NCBI GenBank assembly: GCA_045603745.1 | Contig: JAZUMQ010000037.1 | Location: forward strand, 66,224 to 130,223 | Direction of reading: 5' to 3' | DNA length: 64,000 nucleotides | DNA from: Eubacteriales bacterium | Lineage (GTDB): Bacteria > Bacillota > Clostridia > Oscillospirales > UBA644 | In this document: one piece after another, positions 43,893 to 53,550 of the stretch | Layout: each line of letters opens with the position of its first letter | Numbering within the stretch: position 1 is the stretch's first letter | Made by a program: the position numbers and the translations under genes | The notes under the pieces: generated by a model | Database searches by the model: none | What the model saw: the letters and a program-made list of their open reading frames with translations, nothing else | Told to the model about the DNA's origin: nothing

Positions 43893-44582
43893 TTATTCCT
43901 GATAAAAAGCAGAAGACAACAACGTATCTCCGTAGGCGAAATCATAGGAAGCGGCAGCAAAAACGCCTCCCTCTTCGGCAAAGATCACGTCACACCGGAC
44001 GATGCCACCTCCCTGAGCATTTACCGTTTCCACCGCGGAAGGAAGAGACGGCGCAATCTGTTTGAACGAGTCGAGGTCCGCAGAAACGGTGACGGTGACG
44101 GTTTTTCCGTTCAATCCCACGGTGGGTTCCGATTGAACCTGGGCGGTGATACCGTTTTGGGTCAATTCGTATTTCAATTTCACAAGAGTCAGATCTTCAC
44201 TCAAGGTCTCGACCCGAGGAGACGAAGGTTCCGGAAGAAACCCCGGTTCTTCCACCGTTCCCGATAGAATTTTTTCCTCTCCCTTGACCAAGATCCAATC
44301 GACCTGATCCGGTGTTTTTTCGCTTCGCAGAGCGTTCAACGCATCTCTGCAAGACAAAATCCCGACGGCGTCGCCCTGAAAGGTCAAGGTCAGAACGCCT
44401 TTTTTCCACTTGCATTGTTCCATTTCAACGCCGGCACGACGCAAGATTTTCCGATAGGGATTGGAAAAAGAAAGAATCCCAAAAACCAAAGCAGAGATCA
44501 ACAAAATCAGAATCCCGCCGCAAATGAACCAAAGAAAATTCTTTCGCCAAAAAGACACCCTACGGCGTCCTCGTCTTCCCAT
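43893..44582 (-). CDS. membrane-anchored hypothetical protein
   Basis: 229 aa. Arg-rich N-terminus, one TM (FLWFICGGILILLISALVFGILSF), then a soluble domain. No family recognised. Confidence 0.5.
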   Translation of the reverse strand: MGRRGRRRVSFWRKNFLWFICGGILILLISALVFGILSFSNPYRKILRRAGVEMEQCKWKKGVLTLTFQGDAVGILSCRDALNALRSEKTPDQVDWILVKGEEKILSGTVEEPGFLPEPSSPRVETLSEDLTLVKLKYELTQNGITAQVQSEPTVGLNGKTVTVTVSADLDSFKQIAPSLPSAVETVNAQGGGIVRCDVIFAEEGGVFAAASYDFAYGDTLLSSAFYQE

Positions 44583-44649
44583 AACCGTTCCCCTCCTTTC
44601 GGGATAATGTCTGAAAATGTGTCTTTATCATACCATAAAACCTACGGTT

Positions 44650-44735
44650 TGTCAAGTTTTTTGCGGACTTTGTCGAAGGGTTTTTCGGCGTCCTCCCACA
44701 ACTCGACGGTCTTCTTGTTCAATCCGTGTTAGAAT
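44650..44735 (+). promoter_or_regulatory. spoIIE control region: Spo0A-box-like sites plus an extended -10
   Basis: TGTCAAG (44650-44656) and exact TGTCGAA (44671-44677), which is the 0A box consensus. TGtTAGAAT with -10 at 44730-44735 and no good -35, as expected for an activator-dependent promoter. Confidence 0.45.
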
Positions 44736-44813
44736 GAGCATATCATTCATGGGGAGGAATGTGCCATTCGGGAACAAGTCCGGAACCTGACGGCGGAAAT
44801 CACGCCGAAAACG

Positions 44814-46574
44814 GTGATCTCACGCTTATTTGAAGCCTTTTTAGGCTGTCTTTTCTCCAATATCATCCTCGCTCGGGGCATCATGCCCTTCGGGGTCGCC
44901 TACGCAACTGCAGGTTCATTCTTCGGTTTTGTAGGGGTCTTCGCAGGGCATCTTGTCTCGGGACGGGACGCATTGCGCATTTTAACGGCGTGCTTTATGG
45001 CGCGGGTCTTCCGCATGACGCTAACCGCCTTCACCGAAGAAAACCGCCCCTTATCCTATTTTTTATTCACGCTTTGGGGTACGATGTTGGGGGGATTGGC
45101 GGGCTTCTTTTTTTCAGAGTATACCCCGGCAGAGAACATGGCATTCATGCTCAACGGGCTTTTAAGCGGGGGATTGGCATGGTTATTCTCCGTGGCAATG
45201 TCGTCCTTTTCGCCGCGCCCTTTGGGGAATACGTCGCTGCGATACGTTTGTTGTTTGCTCTCCCTGTCGGCAATTTTGCTGGGATTGATGAATTATGGGG
45301 GACTTTGGGAAACGGCAGGACGGACGGCGTTGGTCTTTTTGGTGTTATGCGTAGGATTTAAGTGCAGTTTTTTCTACACCTTATCCACGGCGGCGGTCTC
45401 GGGGTTGGTGTTGTGCCTTTTTGCCCCGGAACGGTTGTTCTTTTTTCTGATCTTGGTTTTTGGGACGTTGTTATCGGCGGCATTAAAGCCCTTTGGGAAA
45501 TACGGTCAAATCCTTTCCTATCTGCTCACGTCCTTGATCCTGTGGCTCTGCACCGAACAAGCCTTTGGGCTGGCATCGTCGCTGATTTCCATCGCCCTTG
45601 CGGGGTTATTATTCCTGATGATTCCGGGGCGAATGATGACCACGTTAACCAAGGCGAGCGTACCGGTGGGGGGAGGCTATGCACGATGGAAAAAGGCGCG
45701 GTTTCATCTGACGAAGCAAGGCAGTACCGAATTATTACGAGGGGAAGATTCGGTCTGTCGAAAGTGCCCAAAACGGATTTTATGCTTGACGAAATTCCGA
45801 ACCGAAACGGCACAAGCATTTGATGAGATTCGGGCGGGGGTGCGAAATCATGATCTGCGGCCGCCCCGAGAATTTCTGGATCGTTGCGTGCGCTTCCCGG
45901 AAGTGATCTCGGCATTACGGGCAGACGAAGAAACGGTATTCGGGCTTCGTTATGCAAAGGCATTTGCCCAAAAAGAAGGGGAACTGTTCTGCGGAGACAC
46001 GGCAGGGGGATTTCGCACCGCCGACGACCGATACGTATTCACCATTACCGACGGCATGGGAAGTGGAACGAAGGCGGCACGGCAGAGCGTAAAGGCTGTA
46101 AGGGTGATGGAAAATTTAGCAAAAAACGGGTTAGAACAGGAAGATATTCTGAAGGTACTGAACCGAAACTTGCTGGAATCCGCGGAAGAATCGGTCTTAG
46201 GGGTGGACGTGGCTTCCGTGGATCTGAAAAGCGGGGTTTGTGACTTATTCAAAGCCGGAGCGGCTCCGACCTACGTATTGCGAAATGGAATCGTATACGA
46301 AATCGGGAGCGAAACGTTACCGGTGGGAATGCTGGACGAAGCGGACGTGAAACACGAGCGTTGCACGTTGACCGACAAGGATTATCTGATTCTGATCTCC
46401 GACGGAGTTTTGGGAAAAGACAAAAAGTGGCTCTCCGAGTACCTGAACCGAATCCCGATGCCCCGAGATTGCGTCTCTTTAGCCGACGGCATTCTCCGGG
46501 AAGCCAAAAAGTCGGGACGAAACCGCATCGACGACGTAACCGTCCTTGCCGTGCAGATCAACAAAGTAGCGTAG
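44814..46574 (+). CDS. spoIIE: stage II sporulation protein E (multi-TM PP2C phosphatase)
   Basis: 586 aa from GTG 44814 (start uncertain, see finding). Polytopic N-terminal half. C-terminal PP2C: FTITDGMGSG ... LILISDGV ... DDVTVLAV. TAG stop. Confidence 0.85.
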   Translation: MISRLFEAFLGCLFSNIILARGIMPFGVAYATAGSFFGFVGVFAGHLVSGRDALRILTACFMARVFRMTLTAFTEENRPLSYFLFTLWGTMLGGLAGFFFSEYTPAENMAFMLNGLLSGGLAWLFSVAMSSFSPRPLGNTSLRYVCCLLSLSAILLGLMNYGGLWETAGRTALVFLVLCVGFKCSFFYTLSTAAVSGLVLCLFAPERLFFFLILVFGTLLSAALKPFGKYGQILSYLLTSLILWLCTEQAFGLASSLISIALAGLLFLMIPGRMMTTLTKASVPVGGGYARWKKARFHLTKQGSTELLRGEDSVCRKCPKRILCLTKFRTETAQAFDEIRAGVRNHDLRPPREFLDRCVRFPEVISALRADEETVFGLRYAKAFAQKEGELFCGDTAGGFRTADDRYVFTITDGMGSGTKAARQSVKAVRVMENLAKNGLEQEDILKVLNRNLLESAEESVLGVDVASVDLKSGVCDLFKAGAAPTYVLRNGIVYEIGSETLPVGMLDEADVKHERCTLTDKDYLILISDGVLGKDKKWLSEYLNRIPMPRDCVSLADGILREAKKSGRNRIDDVTVLAVQINKVA

Positions 46575-46589
46575 CTTGGTTTGAGGAGT

Positions 46590-46628
46590 GTACTTTTCTT
46601 TCTTTTCACGGGAAAAGAAAAAAAGTAC
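46590..46628 (+). terminator. long AU-rich hairpin after spoIIE (atypical terminator)
   Basis: GTACTTTTCTTTCTTTTC-acgg-GAAAAGAAAAAAAGTAC, imperfect, with no distal T-run. Confidence 0.3.
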
Positions 46629-46744
46629 CAGCCTCTGCATAAGTGTCGACCATCAAAAAACACTTCGCCTTTGGCTTGAATTTTTTGGGTCTCACTTAGA
46701 GATTATTGAATGTATGAAAAAATAATTTGAACCTACAAAAAGCA

Positions 46745-46778
46745 GGGTGTCGGTTCCGTAAAACCGACACCCATTTTT
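46745..46778. terminator. bidirectional intrinsic terminator downstream of the Cys-repeat lipoprotein gene
   Basis: GGGTGTCGGTT-ccgtaa-AACCGACACCC followed by ATTTTTTA. An A/T-run on the other side gives GCTTTTT on the minus strand. Confidence 0.75.
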
Positions 46779-46789
46779 TATTCTCTTTT

Positions 46790-48088
46790 TTATCGCTTTA
46801 ATTCATAATTGACTACCGTTTGATTTCCGGCTTCGTCTTTGATCGTGACTCTTAAAATATAGTCGTCCAACTGAGATTCGGTTCCGATGTAGCGGATCCA
46901 GTAGGTATTATTTCCGGAGAAGTCTGCGGTAAATTTCGCGTCCGGCGTTGTTGCGGAGGCGTTGGCAAAACATTCATATTTATATTGATATTTTCCATAT
47001 CCACCGCTGACGGAAACTTTGTATTGGCTGCTGAAGCTTCCGACCTTATCCGATGCCGCAGAAACTGCATTCACCAGTTGAACCGATGCAACGAGGGGTT
47101 TTACAACTTCATCGTAGGTATCGGAGCAAGCAGTACATTTATAGATCAGTTTGCTACCGACGATTCCGCTGTTTTCCATGCGATCCAACTTATGATCGTG
47201 ACCGAGGGCGTCGATAACTTGAGTTCCGGTATTCGCATTACATACAACACAAACTTTATGTCCACTTCCCGCGGTAGTGCAGGTAGCTTCCTTGTCGACG
47301 CTCAAGTCACTATCCGTATGAGCAAGCAACGCCACCGTTTCTGCAACGGTTCCCTTACAGACGGAACATACCCGATGTCCGGTTCCGGTCTTGGTGCAGG
47401 TAGCAGGGTTGTCGATGATCAAGTCGCCGAACTTATGACCGAGGGCGTCCAGGGTTTCGGTAATCGTAGTAGTGCCACAAACCGTGCATTCCTTATGTCT
47501 GCTTCCGGCTTCGGTACAAGTGGCTTGTTTATCTACGATCCATGCGCCCTCCGTATGAAATTCCGCGTTACCGAGGGTTTTTCCGCACTTATCACATTCT
47601 CTCGAATCCGTACAGGAGGCATCATTCCAATTATGTACCAATACGCCACCAACCATCATCCCACAACCGGCACAGGTTTTGGGAGTAGAGCAGGTTGCCT
47701 CATTCCACTTATGACCCAACGCGTTTCCGGAGGTAATTCCACAACCGGAGCATTCTTTGGGCTCGGTGCAGGTTGCGTCCTTCCAAGTGTGATCCGCAAC
47801 GCTTCCGGTAGTTTTTCCGCAAACCGTACACGTCTTGGGGGTCGTGCAGGTTGCGGCACTCCAAACGTGTTCTGCAACGTCACCGGAAGTTTCTCCGCAC
47901 TTTTTACAAGTTTTGGGAGTCGTACAAGTAGCGGCAGAAAATTCATGTTCACATTCGTCTTGATCTGAGGTTTGGGTACCGGTGTTTATTCCGGAGACCT
48001 GATCGTCCGGATTATCCGAAGTTGTGCCGCAAGCAACCAACGAAATTGACAGCACAATTCCTAATAGAAAAAATAACAGTTTTTTCAT
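46790..48088 (-). CDS. Cys-rich tandem-repeat lipoprotein, unknown function
   Basis: 432 aa from ATG 48086-48088 (AAGGAGG SD). MKKLLFFLLGIVLSISLVAC lipobox. Five 26-aa and three ~40-aa Cys/His repeats, then a C-terminal beta-rich domain. Confidence 0.75.
   Translation of the reverse strand: MKKLLFFLLGIVLSISLVACGTTSDNPDDQVSGINTGTQTSDQDECEHEFSAATCTTPKTCKKCGETSGDVAEHVWSAATCTTPKTCTVCGKTTGSVADHTWKDATCTEPKECSGCGITSGNALGHKWNEATCSTPKTCAGCGMMVGGVLVHNWNDASCTDSRECDKCGKTLGNAEFHTEGAWIVDKQATCTEAGSRHKECTVCGTTTITETLDALGHKFGDLIIDNPATCTKTGTGHRVCSVCKGTVAETVALLAHTDSDLSVDKEATCTTAGSGHKVCVVCNANTGTQVIDALGHDHKLDRMENSGIVGSKLIYKCTACSDTYDEVVKPLVASVQLVNAVSAASDKVGSFSSQYKVSVSGGYGKYQYKYECFANASATTPDAKFTADFSGNNTYWIRYIGTESQLDDYILRVTIKDEAGNQTVVNYELKR
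47120..47953 (-). repeat. in-frame tandem coding repeats (5 x 78 nt, then 3 x ~117-120 nt)
   Basis: His residues recur at protein positions 48, 74, 100, 126, 152, 178 (exact 26-aa period), then 218, 257, 297. Unit: H-x-W-x3-ATC-T-x-PK-x-C-x2-CG-x3-G. Confidence 0.8.
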
Positions 48089-48110
48089 AACAAAAAACCT
48101 CCTTTTTGAT

Positions 48111-48139
48111 ATTATAACACGAAACTTTTCATTTGTCAA
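48111..48139 (-). promoter_or_regulatory. consensus sigmaA promoter of the Cys-repeat lipoprotein gene
   Basis: Minus strand: TTGACA (48134-48139), 17-nt spacer, TGtTATAAT (-10 at 48111-48116). Confidence 0.7.
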
Positions 48140-48195
48140 GTTAAAATACTATTTTATAATAAATTTTTACAATAATGTTCGTTTCGCATAAATAT

Positions 48196-48232
48196 CGGGT
48201 GCCGGTTTCGTGGATACCGACACCCGGTTTTG
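48196..48232 (-). terminator. hairpin downstream of argF
   Basis: CGGGTGCCGGT ... ACCGACACCCG (one mismatch). T-run on the plus side, weaker on the minus side. Confidence 0.45.
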
Positions 48233-48269
48233 CATTTCAAGATCTTTTTCCGGTGACAAGAATTATGCC

Positions 48270-49253
48270 TTACAACGTCTCACACATAACGGCTTTGATG
48301 GTGTGCATGCGGTTTTCCGCCTCGTCAAAGACGATGGATTGGGCAGATTCAAAGACTTCGTCGGTAACTTCCATAGCGTCTCTACCGAATTTTTCGCCCA
48401 TTTCCTTACCCACGGCGGTATTTAAGTCGTGGTAGGCAGGAAGGCAATGCATAAAACGGCATTGTGCTCCGGCATGATCCATCAGCGCCTTATTGACCTG
48501 GTACGCTCCAAGGTCGTTGATCCGTTGTTCCCAAACTTCCAAGGGTTCGCCCATGGAGACCCAAACGTCGGTGTAGATCACGTCGGCGTTTTTCGTGGCT
48601 TTCATGGGGTCGGTCTCAAAGGTAAGGGTTGCCCCGGTTTCCGCAGCGATGGATTTGCAGGTTTCGATAAGTTCCGAGTCGGGGAAATAAGATGCGGGGG
48701 CGCAGGCGGTGAAATTCAAACCCATTTTGGCACACCCGACCATCAAGGAATTCCCCATATTAAACCGAGCATCTCCCATATAGACGAAATTAATTCCCTT
48801 AAGCTTGCCGAAATGCTCCCGAATGGTCAAAAAGTCCGCCAAAATTTGGGTGGGGTGAAATTCGTCGGTCAAGCCGTTCCAAACCGGAACGGGAGAATAT
48901 TTTGCCAAATCTTCCACGATCGTCTGACCGAATCCCCGATATTCGATGCCGTCGTACATTCTTCCGATCACGCGGGCGGTATCGGCGATGGATTCTTTTT
49001 TCCCGATTTGAGATCCGGTAGGGTCGAGGTACGTCACTCCCATACCCAGATCTCTTGCGGCGACTTCAAAAGCGCACCGAGTGCGGGTGGAAGTTTTTTC
49101 AAAAATCAGAGCGACGTTTTTGCCCTTATGAATTTCGTGGGAAATTCCGGCTTTTTTTTGGGCCTTAAGTTCTGCGGCACGGTCGATCAGATACCCGATC
49201 TCTTCCGGAGTAAAATCAAGAAGTTTGAGGAAATCTCTGCCTTTCAGATTCAT
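48270..49253 (-). CDS. argF: ornithine carbamoyltransferase
   Basis: 327 aa from ATG 49251-49253 (AAGGAGA SD). [18 protein letters not shown] motifs. Confidence 0.95.
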   Translation of the reverse strand: MNLKGRDFLKLLDFTPEEIGYLIDRAAELKAQKKAGISHEIHKGKNVALIFEKTSTRTRCAFEVAARDLGMGVTYLDPTGSQIGKKESIADTARVIGRMYDGIEYRGFGQTIVEDLAKYSPVPVWNGLTDEFHPTQILADFLTIREHFGKLKGINFVYMGDARFNMGNSLMVGCAKMGLNFTACAPASYFPDSELIETCKSIAAETGATLTFETDPMKATKNADVIYTDVWVSMGEPLEVWEQRINDLGAYQVNKALMDHAGAQCRFMHCLPAYHDLNTAVGKEMGEKFGRDAMEVTDEVFESAQSIVFDEAENRMHTIKAVMCETL

Positions 49254-49254
49254 G

Positions 49255-50433
49255 TCATTCTCCTTTTTCGCACTCTGCAAATGCGTCTTTCAGTACGGCG
49301 ATTGCCTGTTCCAGCAAGTTCATGGGAATATTCAAGGGAGGCAATAACCGAACTTTGTTTTTGGCGGTCAGGGCAATCACACCCTTTTCCCGACATTTTG
49401 CAAGGATCTGCTTTGCATCACCCACAGGTTCAATGCCGATCATCAAACCCAAACCGGAAACGGATTTTACACCCTTTGCACCGGAAAGGGAATCAAAAAT
49501 ATACTGAGATTTTGCCCGAACGCCAGCCAGCAAATCTTCGTCAATACGGTTGATTACGTTCAGCGCCCCGGCACAAACTGCGGGATTTCCTCCAAAAGTC
49601 GAACCGTGACTTCCCGGCTGATACACGTCCTGAACCGATTCCCCCAACAAGGTGGCTCCGATGGGAAGTCCGCCCCCCAGACCTTTTGCGGTAGTGACAA
49701 TATCGGGGAGAATATGGTAATTCATATAGCCGTACAACCGTCCGGTTCTGCCGTTTCCGGTCTGAACTTCATCGGCGATGAGCAGAATTCCGAATTCTTC
49801 CCGGAGTTGGGCAAGCCCTTGGACGAAAGACTTTTCCAGCGGCAAAACGCCCCCTTCTCCCTGAACCGTTTCAAACATGACGGCGATGGCATTATATTCC
49901 AAAATAGCACTGCGAACCGCTTCCAGATCGTTGGCGGGAACGCTGACGAATCCGGGGGTCAAGGGAGTAAAATCTTTATGAAACACTTCCTGTCCGGTGG
50001 CGGCCAAAGTCGTAATGGTGCGACCGTGAAAAGAATTGTTTAAGGTAATAATCGTATAGCGATCTTTCCCCCATTTTTGAGCGGCGTACCCTCTCGCGGC
50101 TTTGATGGCACACTCGTTGGCTTCTGCCCCGGAATTGGAGAAAAAGACTTTTTTCATGCCGGTGCGACGGCACAAAACCTCGGCGAGATCGGCACAGGGA
50201 GAAGAATAAAACAGATTGGACGTATGGGAAAATTTACCCAATTGACCGGTGACGGCTTTGATCCATTCTTCATCGGCGGTTCCGAAGGTATTGACGGCAA
50301 TGCCGGTGCCTAAATCAATATATTCCTTTCCTTGTGAATCGGTCAGAATACTCCCTTTTCCGGAGACGATCTGCAAAGGAAACCGAGCGTAAGTATGGGC
50401 GATATACTGCCCGTCCTTTTCAAAGGTATTCAT
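49255..50433 (-). CDS. argD: acetylornithine aminotransferase
   Basis: 392 aa class-III aminotransferase. [14 protein letters not shown] ... TTAKGLGGG. Confidence 0.9.
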   Translation of the reverse strand: MNTFEKDGQYIAHTYARFPLQIVSGKGSILTDSQGKEYIDLGTGIAVNTFGTADEEWIKAVTGQLGKFSHTSNLFYSSPCADLAEVLCRRTGMKKVFFSNSGAEANECAIKAARGYAAQKWGKDRYTIITLNNSFHGRTITTLAATGQEVFHKDFTPLTPGFVSVPANDLEAVRSAILEYNAIAVMFETVQGEGGVLPLEKSFVQGLAQLREEFGILLIADEVQTGNGRTGRLYGYMNYHILPDIVTTAKGLGGGLPIGATLLGESVQDVYQPGSHGSTFGGNPAVCAGALNVINRIDEDLLAGVRAKSQYIFDSLSGAKGVKSVSGLGLMIGIEPVGDAKQILAKCREKGVIALTAKNKVRLLPPLNIPMNLLEQAIAVLKDAFAECEKGE

Positions 50434-51305
50434 TTCGTTTTCCGCTCCTTCATCACCATAGTTCCGGCGCCCTCGTCGGTGAGGGTTTCAATGAGCAGAG
50501 AGTGGGGCACTCTGCCGTCCATAATAAAGACCTTTTCCACACCCCGATGAATGGCGTCAATGCAGCATTCCACTTTGGGAATCATACCGCCGGAAATGAT
50601 TCCTTCGGCAAACAATTGCTCCGCTTCTTTCAGGTCGATGGAACTGATGAGGGAAGAAGGATCGTCTTTATCCCGAAGAATTCCGTTGATGTCGGTCATG
50701 GAGATCAGACGGTACGCCCCCATAGCCCCGGCAATGTACGCGGCGGCGGTATCGGCGTTGATGTTATAAACGTTCCCTTCCATATCACACCCCACGGTTG
50801 AGATAACGGGAATATAATTTTTCTCCAACAAATCTTCCAAAGGAGAAACGTTAACCTTGACGATCTCCCCAACGTATCCCAGGCGTTCGTCTTTGACCTT
50901 CGCTTCGATCAGATGACCGTCCATGCCGGACAGTCCCATGGCTTTGCCGCCTTTGATCTGAAGGAGATTGACCAAACTCTTGTTGATCTTACCCGCAAGA
51001 ACCATCTGAACGATTTCTGCCGTTTCTTTGTCTGTTACCCGAAGTCCGTCCACGAAAACCGCTTCTTTTCCGACCCGTTTGAGCATTTCGGAAATTTCCG
51101 GGCCGCCTCCGTGTACCAAGATTACTTTTACGCCTACCAGATGAAGCAAAACGATGTCTTCCATCACCTGCTGCTTCAATTCTTCGTTGATCATGGCGTT
51201 TCCGCCGTATTTGACGACCACCACTTTGCCGTTGTATTTCTGAATATAGGGCAGGGCTTGGGTCAAGATCTCTGCCCGCTGGGCGTTGGTTATTTCAAGA
51301 GACAT
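50430..51305 (-). CDS. argB: acetylglutamate kinase
   Basis: 291 aa. VVVKYGGNAM ... LVHGGGP. Confidence 0.95.
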   Translation of the reverse strand: MSLEITNAQRAEILTQALPYIQKYNGKVVVVKYGGNAMINEELKQQVMEDIVLLHLVGVKVILVHGGGPEISEMLKRVGKEAVFVDGLRVTDKETAEIVQMVLAGKINKSLVNLLQIKGGKAMGLSGMDGHLIEAKVKDERLGYVGEIVKVNVSPLEDLLEKNYIPVISTVGCDMEGNVYNINADTAAAYIAGAMGAYRLISMTDINGILRDKDDPSSLISSIDLKEAEQLFAEGIISGGMIPKVECCIDAIHRGVEKVFIMDGRVPHSLLIETLTDEGAGTMVMKERKTK

Positions 51306-51319
51306 GATAAAAAACTCCT

Positions 51320-52531
51320 TTACGTCCGATAGTCGCCGTTGATCTTTACGTATTCATAGGTCAGATCGCACCCCCAAGCGGTGGCGTTTGCGTCACCGTC
51401 ACCGAGGGAGACGAGAATATCAATTTCGGATTCCAACAGAATTTCTTTTGCGATTTCTTCGGAAAATTCAATCCCTGCACCGTTCTTACAGACCGAGATC
51501 GTCCCCTTGGCAGAACGGAACGCCACGTCTACTTTCGTCACGTCCACCTCGGCACCGCTGTACCCAATGGCACACAAGATCCGACCCCAGTTCGCGTCGG
51601 CGCCGAACATGGCGGCCTTTGTAAGAGATGAACAGATGACGCTTTTGGCGACCGTCCGGGCAGTCTTTTGATCCTTTGCACCGGTAACGACGCATTCCAA
51701 AAGTTTCGTCGCTCCTTCCCCGTCTCCCGCGATCTGACGACAGAGCCACACCGTAACCGTTTTCAACGCTTTACGAAAGGCGTCAAAATCCGAACCGGTT
51801 GCAGTGATTTCATCATTCCCCGCAAGTCCGTTGGCAAGAACCACGACCATATCGTTGGTGGAAGTATCTCCGTCTACGCTGGTCATGTTAAAGGTATCCA
51901 CAACGTCGTTGGACAGAGCTTTTTGAAGCATTTCGGAAGAAATGGCACAGTCGGTGGTAATGAACACCAGCATCGTGGCAAGGTTGGGGTGGATCATTCC
52001 CGACCCTTTGGCAATTCCACCGATGTGACACTCTTTTCCGCCGACGGAGAAAGAATAAGAAATCTCCTTGGGTCTGGTATCGGTGGTCATGATGGCTTCC
52101 GCGGCCAAGTCTCCTTTATCCCCCAACCCGGAAACAAGTTCGGGCAGAGCGTTGATGATGGGAGTGGGATCCAGACGCTGACCGATGACTCCGGTAGAAG
52201 CAACCACAACGTCGTCGGAAGAAATATTTAATACTTGCGCCAAGGCGTTGCAGGTTGTTTCCGCAACCTCAATGCCGTCAGCGTTGCAGGTGTTGGCGTT
52301 TCCGCTGTTACAGATAATCGCCCGGGCAATGCCGTTTTTCAGATGCATCTTTGTAACGGTATTCGGCGCGCCGGTAACCAGATTTTGGGTGTATACGGCG
52401 GCGGCACTTGCAGGAACGTCACTGACGATCAGGGCAAGATCCCGCTTGGTTTTGTTTTTTCGGATTCCGCAGTGAACCCCATTGGCTTGAAATCCTTTCG
52501 CGGCACAAACGCCGCCTTTGATCTGTTCCAT
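51320..52531 (-). CDS. argJ: bifunctional glutamate N-acetyltransferase / amino-acid acetyltransferase
   Basis: 403 aa. KGSGMIHPNLATML autoprocessing-site context. Confidence 0.95.
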   Translation of the reverse strand: MEQIKGGVCAAKGFQANGVHCGIRKNKTKRDLALIVSDVPASAAAVYTQNLVTGAPNTVTKMHLKNGIARAIICNSGNANTCNADGIEVAETTCNALAQVLNISSDDVVVASTGVIGQRLDPTPIINALPELVSGLGDKGDLAAEAIMTTDTRPKEISYSFSVGGKECHIGGIAKGSGMIHPNLATMLVFITTDCAISSEMLQKALSNDVVDTFNMTSVDGDTSTNDMVVVLANGLAGNDEITATGSDFDAFRKALKTVTVWLCRQIAGDGEGATKLLECVVTGAKDQKTARTVAKSVICSSLTKAAMFGADANWGRILCAIGYSGAEVDVTKVDVAFRSAKGTISVCKNGAGIEFSEEIAKEILLESEIDILVSLGDGDANATAWGCDLTYEYVKINGDYRT

Positions 52532-52547
52532 ATCCTAAAAAAACTCC

Positions 52548-53477
52548 TTATTCTACCTTCAATCCCTCGGTGGCAGGAAGCCCAAACCGAAGGTTCATAC
52601 ATTCAATGGCTGCCCCGCTGGCACCTTTCCCTAAATTATCGTATCGGGCGGTGAGCAAGATCCGGTCGGCGTTGCCGTCCACGGAGATCTCCATACAATC
52701 CAGTCCGGACAGTTTCGCCGCGGACAAAAATCCTTCTTCCGCAGGTTGCTCGACAAATTTTACCATAGGGCTATTGTATTTTGCGGCGTAAATGGCCCTG
52801 ATCTGCTCAGGCGTAGCGTTGACTTGAGAAGCAAACAGAGGAACGGTCACTTCCATTCCGCTGTAAAAATCCGCCACGATGGGAGAAAAGAGAGGAAAAT
52901 TCTTCAGCCCGGTTACTGCCGCCATCTCTTTCAGATGTTTGTGGGTCTGCCCCAAGGCGTACTGCCGGGGAGCGTTCAGCAAAGGATCTCGATTTTCGTC
53001 CTGATATTCGGCGATCATCTTTTTTCCGCCGCCGCTGTATCCGGTAAGGGAAAAAAACGCCAACTTTTCGTCTTCCGAAAGAACCCCTTCCTCAATCAAC
53101 GGATAGATTAAAGCAATAAAACCGCTGGCGTGACAGCCGGGAACGGCGATGCGGGAAGAAGAGACAACCGCCTCTCGATGTTTTTCGGAAAGTTCGGGAA
53201 AACCGTAGGCAAAGCGGGGGTCGGTACGATGAGCGGTGGAGGTGTCCAGAATCGTTACATTAGGATTTTCCACCATGCCAACGGCTTCGATCGCCGCCGG
53301 GTCGGGCAGACAAAGGAACGCCGCATCACAGGAATTCAGCGCCTCTTTTCGGGCGGCTGGGTCTTTTCTCAATTCTTCAGGCAAAACGATAAGAGAAATT
53401 TCCTCCCTTGCCGCCAAGCGCTCCCGAATCCGAAGTCCGGTGGTTCCTGCACTTCCGTCAATAAATACCCGTTTCAT
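52548..53477 (-). CDS. argC: N-acetyl-gamma-glutamyl-phosphate reductase (short form)
   Basis: 309 aa. FIDGSAGTTGLRI ... AVPGCHASG. Confidence 0.9.
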   Translation of the reverse strand: MKRVFIDGSAGTTGLRIRERLAAREEISLIVLPEELRKDPAARKEALNSCDAAFLCLPDPAAIEAVGMVENPNVTILDTSTAHRTDPRFAYGFPELSEKHREAVVSSSRIAVPGCHASGFIALIYPLIEEGVLSEDEKLAFFSLTGYSGGGKKMIAEYQDENRDPLLNAPRQYALGQTHKHLKEMAAVTGLKNFPLFSPIVADFYSGMEVTVPLFASQVNATPEQIRAIYAAKYNSPMVKFVEQPAEEGFLSAAKLSGLDCMEISVDGNADRILLTARYDNLGKGASGAAIECMNLRFGLPATEGLKVE

Positions 53478-53514
53478 AAAATGGGTCCCGCCTTTCCGGT
53501 GAATTTCAAAAAAT

Positions 53515-53550
53515 ATGAATAATTATACCACAACTTTGAATATTTTGCAA
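53515..53550 (-). promoter_or_regulatory. arg operon promoter overlapped by ARG-box-like operators
   Basis: Minus strand: TTGCAA (53545-53550), 17-nt spacer, TGgTATAAT (-10 at 53522-53527). ATGAATAATTATA (53515-53527) and TGAATATTTTGCAA (53537-53550) resemble ArgR/AhrC ARG boxes. Confidence 0.55.

Noticed and set aside
47120-47953. Periodic 78-nt repeats (and the 72-nt periodicity at 63750-64000) as a possible CRISPR or satellite array
   Set aside because: The repeats are in frame inside long ORFs and are conserved at the protein-motif level (Cys/His spacing, beta-helix coils). The units are contiguous, without unique spacers. No cas genes are present.
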